A stretch of 64,000 nt of DNA, taken from an uncultured Methanosarcinaceae archaeon (GTDB lineage Archaea; Halobacteriota; Methanosarcinia; Methanosarcinales; Methanosarcinaceae). Shown one piece after another: positions 1 to 9,140 of this stretch (position 1 is its first letter; each line of letters opens with the position of its first letter). The translations under genes were made by a program, and so were the position numbers. Where the stretch lies: positions 65,731-129,730 of the forward strand of contig CAVSHT010000012.1 in the NCBI GenBank assembly GCA_963727895.1, given 5' to 3'. The notes under the pieces were generated by a model. The model worked only from the letters and a program-made list of their open reading frames with translations, was not told where the DNA came from and ran no database searches.

Positions 1-338
1 CAATAACTGCACTTTTTCGGGCTTTTATAGCTTCCTTTATCAACTTTATCTTTTCAACGGCCATTAATAACGGATTTTTAGCTAATAAGATATATGTATT
101 TGCTAACCCTATAGTCAGCTACTTAAGATAGTTGAAAACAGATTAATTTGTTTGCTTAATGAATGTTGTTTCTGAGCTTGATCCATTCTCAGAATTACAT
201 CAGTTCGAAATCATTTTTATATTTTTACTTCCTGAATTCTGATTGTCAGAGTTTTATTTATCATAATAAATCTAAACAGAGAGCAAATTTACCCTTATGG
301 CAGAACTCTCAATCAAATCATAAAGATGGAGACCTTAT

Positions 339-1694
339 ATGGCATTATTCGGAACTAATGGTGTACGTGGAATCGCCAATGAATATATAACTCCAGAACT
401 GGCAGTCAATTTAGCCAGAAGCCTTGGTACATATATGGGATCGAAAGGCACAGTTGCTATAGGCTGTGATACCCGAATTTCAGGCCAGATGCTGAAATCT
501 GCCGCAATTGCCGGAGCTCTTTCAACAGGCTTGAACGTAATTGATGTGGGAACGCTTCCGACTCCTTCTATTCAATATTATGTGCGAGACTATGCAGATG
601 CGGGAATTGTTATTACTGCATCTCACAATCCAAGACAATATAACGGAATTAAACTAATTGCTGGAGATGGTACGGAGTTTCCCAGAGATGGAGAAAGAGA
701 AATCGAAAAAATTTATTCTTCTGGAAAATATTCCATTGTGTCTTGGGAAAAGACCGGCAGTTTCGGGATCGATCCAGGGGTCAATGATTACTATATCAAA
801 AACATTATTAAGGCTGTAGATGCCGAAAAGATTCGCAGTCGCAAACTCAAAATAGTTGTTGATACAGGGTGTGGAGCAGGTTCGCTCACTCTTCCTTTCC
901 TGCTAAGCGAACTTGGTTGTAATGTGTTGACTCTTGGAGCTCAACCCGATGGGACTTTTCCCTGGAGAAATCCCGAGCCTACTCCTGATGCTTTACCCGA
1001 GCTTTCCAAGCTTGTAAAGTTTACTGGAGCCGATCTTGGAGCAGCGCACGATGGGGATGCGGACAGAATTGTCTTCATGGATGAAAATGGTGAATTTGTA
1101 AATGAAGAAGTCTTGCTTTCCATGATGGCAAAATATATGCTTGAACGTGAAAAAGGGCCCATTGTAACTCCTGTTAGTTCTTCACAGCGTATGGTCGATG
1201 TTGCAAAGGAGGCAGGTGTTGAACTTTATTGGACCGCAGTAGGCTCCATCAACGTTGCCCGAAAAATGATGGACGTAAATGCGGTCTTTGGAGGAGAAGG
1301 AAACGGAGGTCTCATTTTCCCGAAACATCAGTATTGCAGGGATGGAGCAATGGCCTGTGCCAAGATCCTTGAAATTCTGGCTGGCGGGAAAAAGCTTTCC
1401 GAGCTTGCCATGAGTGTACCGCAATATTTTAACGCAAAAACCAAAACTCCATCTAAAAATACGCAGGCCACTATGGAAATGGTGAAACAAGAAGCTTCAG
1501 GGCTTGGATACAAACTGGATACTACTGACGGAGTTAAAATCTGGTATGAAGATGGCTGGGTGCTCATCCGTCCTTCAGGAACAGAACCAATTTTCCGAAT
1601 TTTTGCCGAAGCAAAAAAGCAAGAAAGAGCCGAAGAACTTATGCAAAAAGGCCTGCAAATGGTCATAAAGGCAGAAGCTTCGGTTTCCAAGTGA
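339..1694 (+). CDS. glmM: Phosphohexomutase (phosphoglucosamine mutase / PMM-PGM family)
   Basis: LFGTNGVRG N-terminus, TASHNP catalytic Ser loop, DGDADR metal loop, GEGNG, RPSGTEP. Confidence 0.85.
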   Translation: MALFGTNGVRGIANEYITPELAVNLARSLGTYMGSKGTVAIGCDTRISGQMLKSAAIAGALSTGLNVIDVGTLPTPSIQYYVRDYADAGIVITASHNPRQYNGIKLIAGDGTEFPRDGEREIEKIYSSGKYSIVSWEKTGSFGIDPGVNDYYIKNIIKAVDAEKIRSRKLKIVVDTGCGAGSLTLPFLLSELGCNVLTLGAQPDGTFPWRNPEPTPDALPELSKLVKFTGADLGAAHDGDADRIVFMDENGEFVNEEVLLSMMAKYMLEREKGPIVTPVSSSQRMVDVAKEAGVELYWTAVGSINVARKMMDVNAVFGGEGNGGLIFPKHQYCRDGAMACAKILEILAGGKKLSELAMSVPQYFNAKTKTPSKNTQATMEMVKQEASGLGYKLDTTDGVKIWYEDGWVLIRPSGTEPIFRIFAEAKKQERAEELMQKGLQMVIKAEASVSK

Positions 1695-1824
1695 ATTATT
1701 AATATTCTTGTAAACTGATCTTTAAACTTAGATTAGAACAAGCTATTCTAAACACTCTTCAGTAACAACGGAAAACAGCAATATCAAAAAGCTGTCCATC
1801 TTTTCTTTTTTATATTTTTGCATC

Positions 1825-1838
1825 TTTGCAACGGAACC
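1825..1838. mobile_element. Orphan IS6-family terminal inverted repeat
   Basis: TTTGCAACGGAACC is identical to the right end of the IS6 at 40523-40536. Confidence 0.6.
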
Positions 1839-1890
1839 ACAAAATTTACTTCCTTCCGCAAACAGAAAAACGAATTTTCTGGTCATAATT

Positions 1891-1960
1891 AAGCCCTCTT
1901 GAGCGAAGCGAAAAGGGCACCGTCCTCCCGAGACGGGACTCGGGTGACGGAACTCGGGTG
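1891..1960. repeat. GC-rich REP/MITE-like structured element
   Basis: Stems GCCCTCTT..AAAAGGGC (with GCGAAGC minihairpin) and CCCGAG..CTCGGG; near-tandem GACGG(G/A)ACTCGGGT; sits in AT-rich intergenic DNA. Confidence 0.5.
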
Positions 1961-2230
1961 ATTATGTTTTAATTTCAAATTTGTAGCAACAAATTATAAA
2001 GATGTTCATTACTTTATTACATATCTGGCTAAAAACGAAAGATTCTTCAGTCTATAGGTATGTCAGTATGAGAGCCTCCTAAGCTCAGAATGTACAATGT
2101 TGTGACTGAAAATATGTAAAACTCGAACTTGTTTAAGGAACAACCGGTAGTACAAGATCAATTTAAAAGTGCAAGATCAATAAATTGATTTGAATAGTAA
2201 AGATCTAGTCAAAAGGAGTATAAATAAAAT

Positions 2231-2970
2231 GGCATTGTTATTTAAATATATCTAGTTCTTTATTTATGTATTTTATCAATAGAATAACCGAGTACTTTAG
2301 CATTTCAAGACTCTTCGTATAACACTTTGTCTTTCTTCTCAATCTTGCTAGAAAATGCCTCAATATGCTGTTATATCCCTCAACTGTAAATGTTTCTGCT
2401 TTGGATTGAGTATGGATCTTTTCTGGAAGAAACTCTGCATATGCTCTCCAGTGATCTGTCATCACTTCTCCAATCTCTTTTTTCTTCAATTTTTCCCAGA
2501 GTAGTTTTCCAGTTTCCGTTCCTCTGCTACCAAAAGAGCAGTTGATGAACTTTTTCCCAACTCTATCAACAGCAATCCAGATCCAGCAATATTTTTTTTT
2601 GTTACCGATGTAAGTTGCATCTCGTCCATTTCAACAATAGATATCTCATTTTCACTTTTTAAAGCCTCTAACTCCGGACCAAATTTCTTGATCCATCTTT
2701 GGACAGAAACATGACTTACCCCTAAAACTCTTCCTATTGAGCGAAAACCCAATCCTTCAAGATAGAGTTGTAAAGCCTGTCTTTTTGCAGAAGCGGAAAA
2801 AGCAGTTGATTTTAGCTCTACTGTATAGTTATATCCACAATCAGAGCATTTGTAGCGTTGACGCCCACCAACTATACCGTTCTTTTTGTGACTGGAACTA
2901 TTGCATCTGGGGCAGTTCATGAAGAAATATATGTTATAAGCATACATATCTATTTTTGTATACCAATGCC
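2231..2970 (-). mobile_element. IS1-family element, copy 1 (insA start 2920; insB via -1 frameshift at A-run)
   Basis: GGCATTG...CAATGCC ends; 8-bp target duplication AATAAAAT; InsA CPRC..CSDC zinc finger plus HTH; InsB TDHWRAY..VEGYNSILRHFLARLRRKTKC. Confidence 0.95.
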
Positions 2971-3212
2971 AATAAAATATATTCTCAAAATTAAATCTCG
3001 ACTGGAAATCTGGACTAAAACTCGAATTCAGGTGTGGAGTTGATAGAAAAAATAGTAGCAGAAGTGGAACAATAACATACGCGAAAAACCCAAAAAATAA
3101 ATAACCTGTTCTCAAACACATCTCACGAAATTTACTTAATACATAACAATGAGGTATGGTTTTCAAAGTCAATATTAGAATTCTAAATGACTTTCAAGCC
3201 GATCTCCTTAAT

Positions 3213-4346
3213 TTAACTTTTTTCAAGTTTTTGATGTTTTTCCCAGTATCCTGTGAGTTTACCGTTAAGGGCAAGTTTTCCAAGCTCCCTCCTTACTCTG
3301 TCACTAACTTCTGTAGAACTGGCTGATGCATATGGAGTCCCTGGAAGAGGAGTTAGATAATGAGCCCTTACGGTTCCTTCTTTTTTACAGATCCAACGGA
3401 TAAGGTCAAGGCTTTTTTCCTGGTCTTTTTCGGTTTCAGTGGGAAGGCCAAATATGAAATCGACAGCAGGGACAATTTCATGTTCCATACAGCATTCAAC
3501 TGCTAAAATAATATCTCTGACAGTATGTCCTCTTCGGATCTCTTTTAATATCCGGTCGCTACCGGACTGAGCTCCAAGGCTAAGACTATCATTTGCGCAG
3601 TATTTTCTTACAAGTTCAGCTGACTCATCGGTTACAAATTCTGGACGCACTTCCGAAGGAAATGTACCAAAAAAGATTTTCTTATCCGGCAGTTTGTAAA
3701 GTGCAGAAAGCAGTTTCTCAACTTTATCAAATCGGGGGTGGATTCCGTCACTTCCGTAGCCAAGTGCGTTAGAAGCTATAAATCGAAGGTCGTCATAATA
3801 CCCTGCATTTTTTACAATGGAATCTATGCTTCTATGTCTCACTTCTCTTCCGAAAAGCCTCGGAGTCTGGCAATACTTACAGCTCCAGGGGCAACCTCTA
3901 CTAATTTCAATAGGAGCCCGAAGTTTTTCAGGGTTAAAGCAGGGATAAGAATCAAGGTTTACATAGGGTCTGTTCGGAGTTTTCACCGGTTTACCCGTTC
4001 TTGCGTCTATGTACGCAATGCCGGAGATTTTATATGGATCTTTCTTTTCCTGGATTGATTTCACAAGTTCTGGAAGGGTCTCCTCTCCCTCTCCTATCAC
4101 AACATAATCAAAATATTCAAGAGTCTCTTCTGGGGCTCCAGATGGATGAGGTCCTCCAGCAATGAAAATTGAGTCTGTACTTGCATTCTCTACTTCAGTA
4201 AAAACTTTTGCTGCCTGACGTGTTGTAAAACTGTATATCATGATCCCATTTACAGGTTTATATACAAACCCGGCTTCCGGCAATAAAGGGGAAAGGACTG
4301 CAAAACTGTAAGAGTTTTTTTTGCTGTAACGGAAATTCACGTCCAT
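3213..4346 (-). CDS. B12-binding domain / radical SAM protein (TIGR04013-like)
   Basis: IAGGPHPS, GEGEETL, RGCPWSCKYC (CxxxCxxC), GAQSGS, PLPGTP. Confidence 0.85.
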   Translation of the reverse strand: MDVNFRYSKKNSYSFAVLSPLLPEAGFVYKPVNGIMIYSFTTRQAAKVFTEVENASTDSIFIAGGPHPSGAPEETLEYFDYVVIGEGEETLPELVKSIQEKKDPYKISGIAYIDARTGKPVKTPNRPYVNLDSYPCFNPEKLRAPIEISRGCPWSCKYCQTPRLFGREVRHRSIDSIVKNAGYYDDLRFIASNALGYGSDGIHPRFDKVEKLLSALYKLPDKKIFFGTFPSEVRPEFVTDESAELVRKYCANDSLSLGAQSGSDRILKEIRRGHTVRDIILAVECCMEHEIVPAVDFIFGLPTETEKDQEKSLDLIRWICKKEGTVRAHYLTPLPGTPYASASSTEVSDRVRRELGKLALNGKLTGYWEKHQKLEKS

Positions 4347-4381
4347 ATTATTTTCCTCCGTTTTTGAAGCATAAGGCCCTT

Positions 4382-5494
4382 TCAGGGAGTGGGCTTAAAA
4401 GGAATCAGAGTGAAGCAGAGTAAGCCCAGAATAAAAGTAATTATTCCTAAAAGCATGCGTTTTTTGTCAAGCTCTACTTTGTCATGCAGGGGAGATGGAT
4501 GTCCAGCTGCTGCAAAAACCCATAGGAGAAGAGCCCAGAATATCCATATAAACCCATCTTCCTTCAACCAGTAGATTACATAAAGTCCTACAAGGAACAG
4601 AATACGTGGCATTAGGAATGAAATTTTTTCCGCTTTTTTACCCATCATAGCTCTGAGAATATGTCCTCCATCAAGTTGCCCTGTGGGAAGAAGGTTAAGT
4701 AAAGTTACGAACATTCCTACCCAACCTGCAAAAGCTACAGGATGCAGGTTATCTCCTGTAACACCTACGAGTCTTTGAATAAATACAAAAAGGGGAGGCA
4801 AGCCAAAATTAAGCATCATAGAATCTGGCAGGGGTTTTACTGTAGGCACTTCGAGTTTAAGTCCTATTACAGTAACTGCAATTGACACAATTAATCCTAC
4901 AAGTGGGCCTGCAACTCCAACATCAAAAAGGGCTTTTCGGCTTGGTACCGGTCCTCTATAGCGAATAACTGCTCCCATAGTACCGATAAAAGAGGGAAAG
5001 GGAATAAAATAAGGGAGAGATGCCTTCATCCCATGATACCTGGCCATTACATAATGAGCCATTTCATGGGAGCCAAGAACCGTCATTATCGCAAGGGTAA
5101 AAGGTAGACCCCGATAAATCTGGGAAGGTTCGTTTACAAGGTATACACCGAACATCCAGGCTCCGCAAGCCATTGTTGTAAAAATAGTCGTTATGAATAG
5201 GAGAAGGTTTATCCATGTCTTTTCTTTTTCTTTCTTTTCAGGAAAAACCAACAGTATATATTCTCCAAGCTCGTGTTTTAACGTGCATCCTAACCCAAAA
5301 TGCTGTAAGGGTTCCCAAAGCTCTTTAGTGATATTCTCAGTATCGGTTTTAGGAGTTCCATAAAAGTAAATAGCGTTCTTGGAATTTTGGATCTCATAAA
5401 CATCAAATACCCTGGTTATGAAGGGGTATAAGCGCGAAACCGTTTCTTCGGCATTGAATTTTCCTTTGCCTTCTTTATGGTTTTCCTGGTTCAT
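4382..5494 (-). CDS. Site-2 protease (M50) membrane metalloprotease
   Basis: HEMAH, AGPL, NLLPTGQLDGGH; several transmembrane segments. Confidence 0.9.
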   Translation of the reverse strand: MNQENHKEGKGKFNAEETVSRLYPFITRVFDVYEIQNSKNAIYFYGTPKTDTENITKELWEPLQHFGLGCTLKHELGEYILLVFPEKKEKEKTWINLLLFITTIFTTMACGAWMFGVYLVNEPSQIYRGLPFTLAIMTVLGSHEMAHYVMARYHGMKASLPYFIPFPSFIGTMGAVIRYRGPVPSRKALFDVGVAGPLVGLIVSIAVTVIGLKLEVPTVKPLPDSMMLNFGLPPLFVFIQRLVGVTGDNLHPVAFAGWVGMFVTLLNLLPTGQLDGGHILRAMMGKKAEKISFLMPRILFLVGLYVIYWLKEDGFIWIFWALLLWVFAAAGHPSPLHDKVELDKKRMLLGIITFILGLLCFTLIPFKPTP

Positions 5495-5582
5495 TTTTCG
5501 AGTTCCTATTCCCTAACTTAAAATTTATTTTCAAATCTATCAATTTTCAGTTTTTAGTGTTTAATCTATTATGTTTAATCTA

Positions 5583-6005
5583 TTATTTTTCTTCATGTTT
5601 GATAAGTTCAATATATCCTTCATTCCCATTAACCAGAACAAGATCTCCGTTACCTAATACCTGGTAAGGGTTTTTCTCAAGCATATCAACAAGTGGAATC
5701 TCGGAAATAATAGCTCCAACTGCAACTATAGGTTCGGTTTCAAGATTTATTATTGCTGCAGGAGCAGTGCCGTTTTTTTTCAGCTGATACATAACATACG
5801 AACCTACTGTAGAGCCTTTACCGTGGGGAAAAACAAGGACTTTTCCCTGTATTGATTTTCCTTCAAGGGCGTGATTTTCTTCAACTACAACCCCGGTTTT
5901 TGGGTCTACACTGCCAAGGAAAGAAATAGGATCTCTGGAAATCCATACTTCTCCTTCTGCACATCCTCTGGAAATAGTCCTTCCTTTAAGTTTAATAGGA
6001 ATCAC
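5583..6005 (-). CDS. AcnX swiveling-domain subunit (DUF126); phosphomevalonate dehydratase small subunit
   Basis: ISFLGSVDPKTG, GKGSTVGS motifs; likely GTG start at 6005 overlapping the upstream stop (ORF-track start 6101 is over-extended). Confidence 0.85.
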   Translation of the reverse strand: MIPIKLKGRTISRGCAEGEVWISRDPISFLGSVDPKTGVVVEENHALEGKSIQGKVLVFPHGKGSTVGSYVMYQLKKNGTAPAAIINLETEPIVAVGAIISEIPLVDMLEKNPYQVLGNGDLVLVNGNEGYIELIKHEEK

Positions 6006-7197
6006 CTGTCTTCTTTTCTGTACCGTCAACTGCTTCCTCAACACAGGCTTCCAGACTTCCATATACAGCTTCAGCCCCACACATACCTGGTACGTAAGCA
6101 AGGGCTTTTCCTGAGTTTACCATAACGCAGGAATAACTATTGGTCGCAGGAGATACTACCATACAGGTATCACAGACGACTTTAGCTCCACTTTTCTCAA
6201 TAGTCTTGATATATTCAGGGTAGCGTTTTGTAAGCTCTCTTGAGGTAAAAATCCAGAACTCTTTCGAAACAGTTTTTCCTTTAAGGAGTTTAGCTACTTT
6301 TTCCAGCTCTGCTGCTGAACAGTGTGGGCATCCAACGGTTATTAATTCTGGTTCCTTGCAGGCTTTTTTCCGGCACTCATAAACCTCTTCGAGTTGTTTT
6401 CTCTCAATAGTTATTTTTTCTACCGGTTCTTCAAAACTCATCCTGAGAATTTCAGGTGTGACTCCTTCCACGTGGTAAAGAGCAACTGCTCCTGAGGCTG
6501 CCATTGCAGCTCCAAGTGCTTTTAATTCATCTACTCCAGGACTGTTCTTGAGATGAAAAACAGGCACTTTACTCCCAACAAGTTTGCCAGCCACATAACC
6601 AAGTGCACCGTAATCAGATACCTCTAACTTATCTTCTACATAAATTGAGATTTCAGGCACACGGTTTTCGTCCAGATGAAATCCATAATTTGCAGTTTTA
6701 CCAAAGAGTGCAGCAGAAAGGGCCGATGGACCCCCTTCTCTATTTGTCTTGGCTCCAAGCACGGAATTTGCATAGGATACTGCTGACGATTCACTCCATG
6801 CCAGATGGTCGCCGTAACCAACATTAAAACCTTCAAGGGTATAAGGCGTACAAGTGCATTCGCATTGAATTCCAAGTTTTTTATACGCCTGAACAATCAA
6901 TTTTTGTTTTTCTGCAAAATCAGACGAGATCCTGAGTCTTTCCCAGTCTTCCAGGTCCATTCCTGCAGGATTCAGAATCGCAGGAACCTTAACTTTTCCC
7001 TGCAGATCCGATATCCACTCAAGACCTGCATCGCCTATAGTTTTATAGGAGACTCCTGCTATCTGTGCACTTTTGATTGGGATAAGCCTGTCTGCACCGT
7101 AAATATCTCCAAGTGTCACCAGGATTCCAATAGCCTGTCTTAAAGTCTCTCCAGCTTCCCCATTGAGGATTTGCTCTTCTTCTTTTGTAAGATACAT
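5992..7197 (-). CDS. AcnX catalytic subunit (DUF521); phosphomevalonate dehydratase large subunit
   Basis: GVSYKTIGDAG, CTCTPY, WSESSA, GCPH, DTCMVV motifs; operon with DUF126 and UbiD. Confidence 0.88.
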   Translation of the reverse strand: MYLTKEEEQILNGEAGETLRQAIGILVTLGDIYGADRLIPIKSAQIAGVSYKTIGDAGLEWISDLQGKVKVPAILNPAGMDLEDWERLRISSDFAEKQKLIVQAYKKLGIQCECTCTPYTLEGFNVGYGDHLAWSESSAVSYANSVLGAKTNREGGPSALSAALFGKTANYGFHLDENRVPEISIYVEDKLEVSDYGALGYVAGKLVGSKVPVFHLKNSPGVDELKALGAAMAASGAVALYHVEGVTPEILRMSFEEPVEKITIERKQLEEVYECRKKACKEPELITVGCPHCSAAELEKVAKLLKGKTVSKEFWIFTSRELTKRYPEYIKTIEKSGAKVVCDTCMVVSPATNSYSCVMVNSGKALAYVPGMCGAEAVYGSLEACVEEAVDGTEKKTGDSY

Positions 7198-7241
7198 TAA
7201 AATTCACTCGGTAATTGCCAGATAAGTAAAATAATTTTTGT

Positions 7242-8510
7242 TTATTCTTCCGGAATTACTGCCCTTTCAAAATTTTCCTTTTCTACAAGAACCTTTGTAG
7301 CATCAACTCCCACTTTTGTGGTCGTCCCGTCAGGATCTCCTCTTGGGTCCAGAGAACTGCCCCGGACATTGGGGATAATCAGAATGTCCATATCTCCTTT
7401 TACTCTCGTGGCAATTGCAAACTCAACATCATTAGGATCAAAAATGTTTATATCTTCATCCACAACTACCACATGTTTCAGGCTTGTATGGGCTGCAAAG
7501 GCTGCCATAATAGCATTTTTTCCGTCTCCTTCAGTCTGTTTCTCTATCTGAACGACTGCGTGGAGATAGCAGCATCCTCCTTCTGTCAATACCACATTTT
7601 TGACGGTAGTTACCTCTCCGACAGCTCTGTAAATTCTGGGCTCGTAAGGCACACCCATCATCAGAAGATGTTCAGGGCCAGCTGGTAGAATCCCGTGATA
7701 TATCGGGTCTTTTCTATGGATAATTCGGGTGATGTGGATAACAGGTTCTTTTCTTACTACATCGTAAGTTCCTGTAATGTCCACAAAAGGACCTTCATCA
7801 ACTTTTTCAGTTGGATCAACATAACCTTCAAGCACAGTCTCAGCGTGAGGAACCTTTACTCCATTTGAACACTCAAAAAGTTCCACAGGAGCTCCTCTAA
7901 GAGCAGCTGCGTATTCGAATTCTTTTCCTACAGGAACCCTTGTTGAAGTAGCATATATAATTGTAGGGTCACAGCCAAGTACAATTGCAATAGGCAGAGG
8001 TTCACCTTTTTCAGCAGCTTTTTTGTGCAGGAGATATGTATGTCTTGGAGGAACCAGGCGAGCTGCGAGTTTATCTTTTCCTACAAGCATAAGCCTATGA
8101 ATCGAAGCATTAATCGTTCCTGCGTATTCGGAAACCACAATTCCTGCAGTTATATAAGGAGCTCCATCTTTTTCAAAATGTGTAAGGATAGGGAGTTTTG
8201 TCAGATCAACTTCATTTTCCACAACTTCAAGCGTTGGAGATTCTGACACCAGCCTCACTTCACCTTCAGGAGAAACTTCAGAAAGCTTCTTTATAATTTC
8301 TTCTTTAGGAACGCCGAGCATAGAAGCCAGTTCATCCCTTGATCCAAGCATGTTCATAATCACTTTTGAACCTGAAATATTATGGAAAAGAACTGGAGAT
8401 CTTGCGTTTTTTGCAACCCTCGAAGCTTCAAATCTCGGAGAAGTAGGTTGCAGAATTTCTACCAGTTTTCCGCTTTCTTTTAACTGGTCGATAAAAGCTC
8501 TAAAACTCAT
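7242..8510 (-). CDS. UbiD-family decarboxylase; probable anhydromevalonate phosphate decarboxylase
   Basis: EGPFVDITGTYD, VVVVDEDI, AIATRV, SSLDP, KVGVDAT; adjacent to the AcnX pair of the archaeal mevalonate pathway. Confidence 0.85.
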   Translation of the reverse strand: MSFRAFIDQLKESGKLVEILQPTSPRFEASRVAKNARSPVLFHNISGSKVIMNMLGSRDELASMLGVPKEEIIKKLSEVSPEGEVRLVSESPTLEVVENEVDLTKLPILTHFEKDGAPYITAGIVVSEYAGTINASIHRLMLVGKDKLAARLVPPRHTYLLHKKAAEKGEPLPIAIVLGCDPTIIYATSTRVPVGKEFEYAAALRGAPVELFECSNGVKVPHAETVLEGYVDPTEKVDEGPFVDITGTYDVVRKEPVIHITRIIHRKDPIYHGILPAGPEHLLMMGVPYEPRIYRAVGEVTTVKNVVLTEGGCCYLHAVVQIEKQTEGDGKNAIMAAFAAHTSLKHVVVVDEDINIFDPNDVEFAIATRVKGDMDILIIPNVRGSSLDPRGDPDGTTTKVGVDATKVLVEKENFERAVIPEE

Positions 8511-9140
8511 GGGTATCTGGATACCAAAAAGCTGTTAGATAATAAAAAGATTGTCCGATCACAAGTTTTAAAAGACGTTTTTATTTTTTTGCTATCTTCA
8601 GCAGGTAATTTAGAGTCTCTTTCTAAATTATATAGATAATCCCAAAATTCAATTACTTTTCTGATCTCAGATTCCTGATAATTAATCGATTCTAATCATG
8701 AAAATAATTTTAAAGTTTTGGGGATTTGGAAATAAAGTTAGTTTTTTTCATGAGTTATTTGTATAACATATTTTTTGAACTAAAGTTATGATTTAAGGAA
8801 TGTCTTTTTTACTATATAAGGCTATGAAACATAACAACTTCCACTATATATTAAATTAAATCTTATATTAATTTATACGACTTCTCCATTTTTTACTTCT
8901 ACACATTTATAAATATTTCAAACACGCATTCCACATATAGTCAAACTTGAGAGTTACCGAGTAGCCGTTAAAATGTGAGTGGCCACTAGACGATATTTCT
9001 CATGAATAACGACATATTTCATTTAAATGAGATATTTGTGAGTGGACTTTAAAACAAAAAGGCGGCTATTGGAAGTTTTTTCCTTCACTGTAATTATATT
9101 AAGACAGTCAAATATCCAACTTAATCTGGAAATAATACCA

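Noticed and set aside
2921-3172. Hydrophobic N-terminal extension of the 228-aa ORF
   Set aside because: It extends outside the IS1 boundary at 2970; insA starts at 2920
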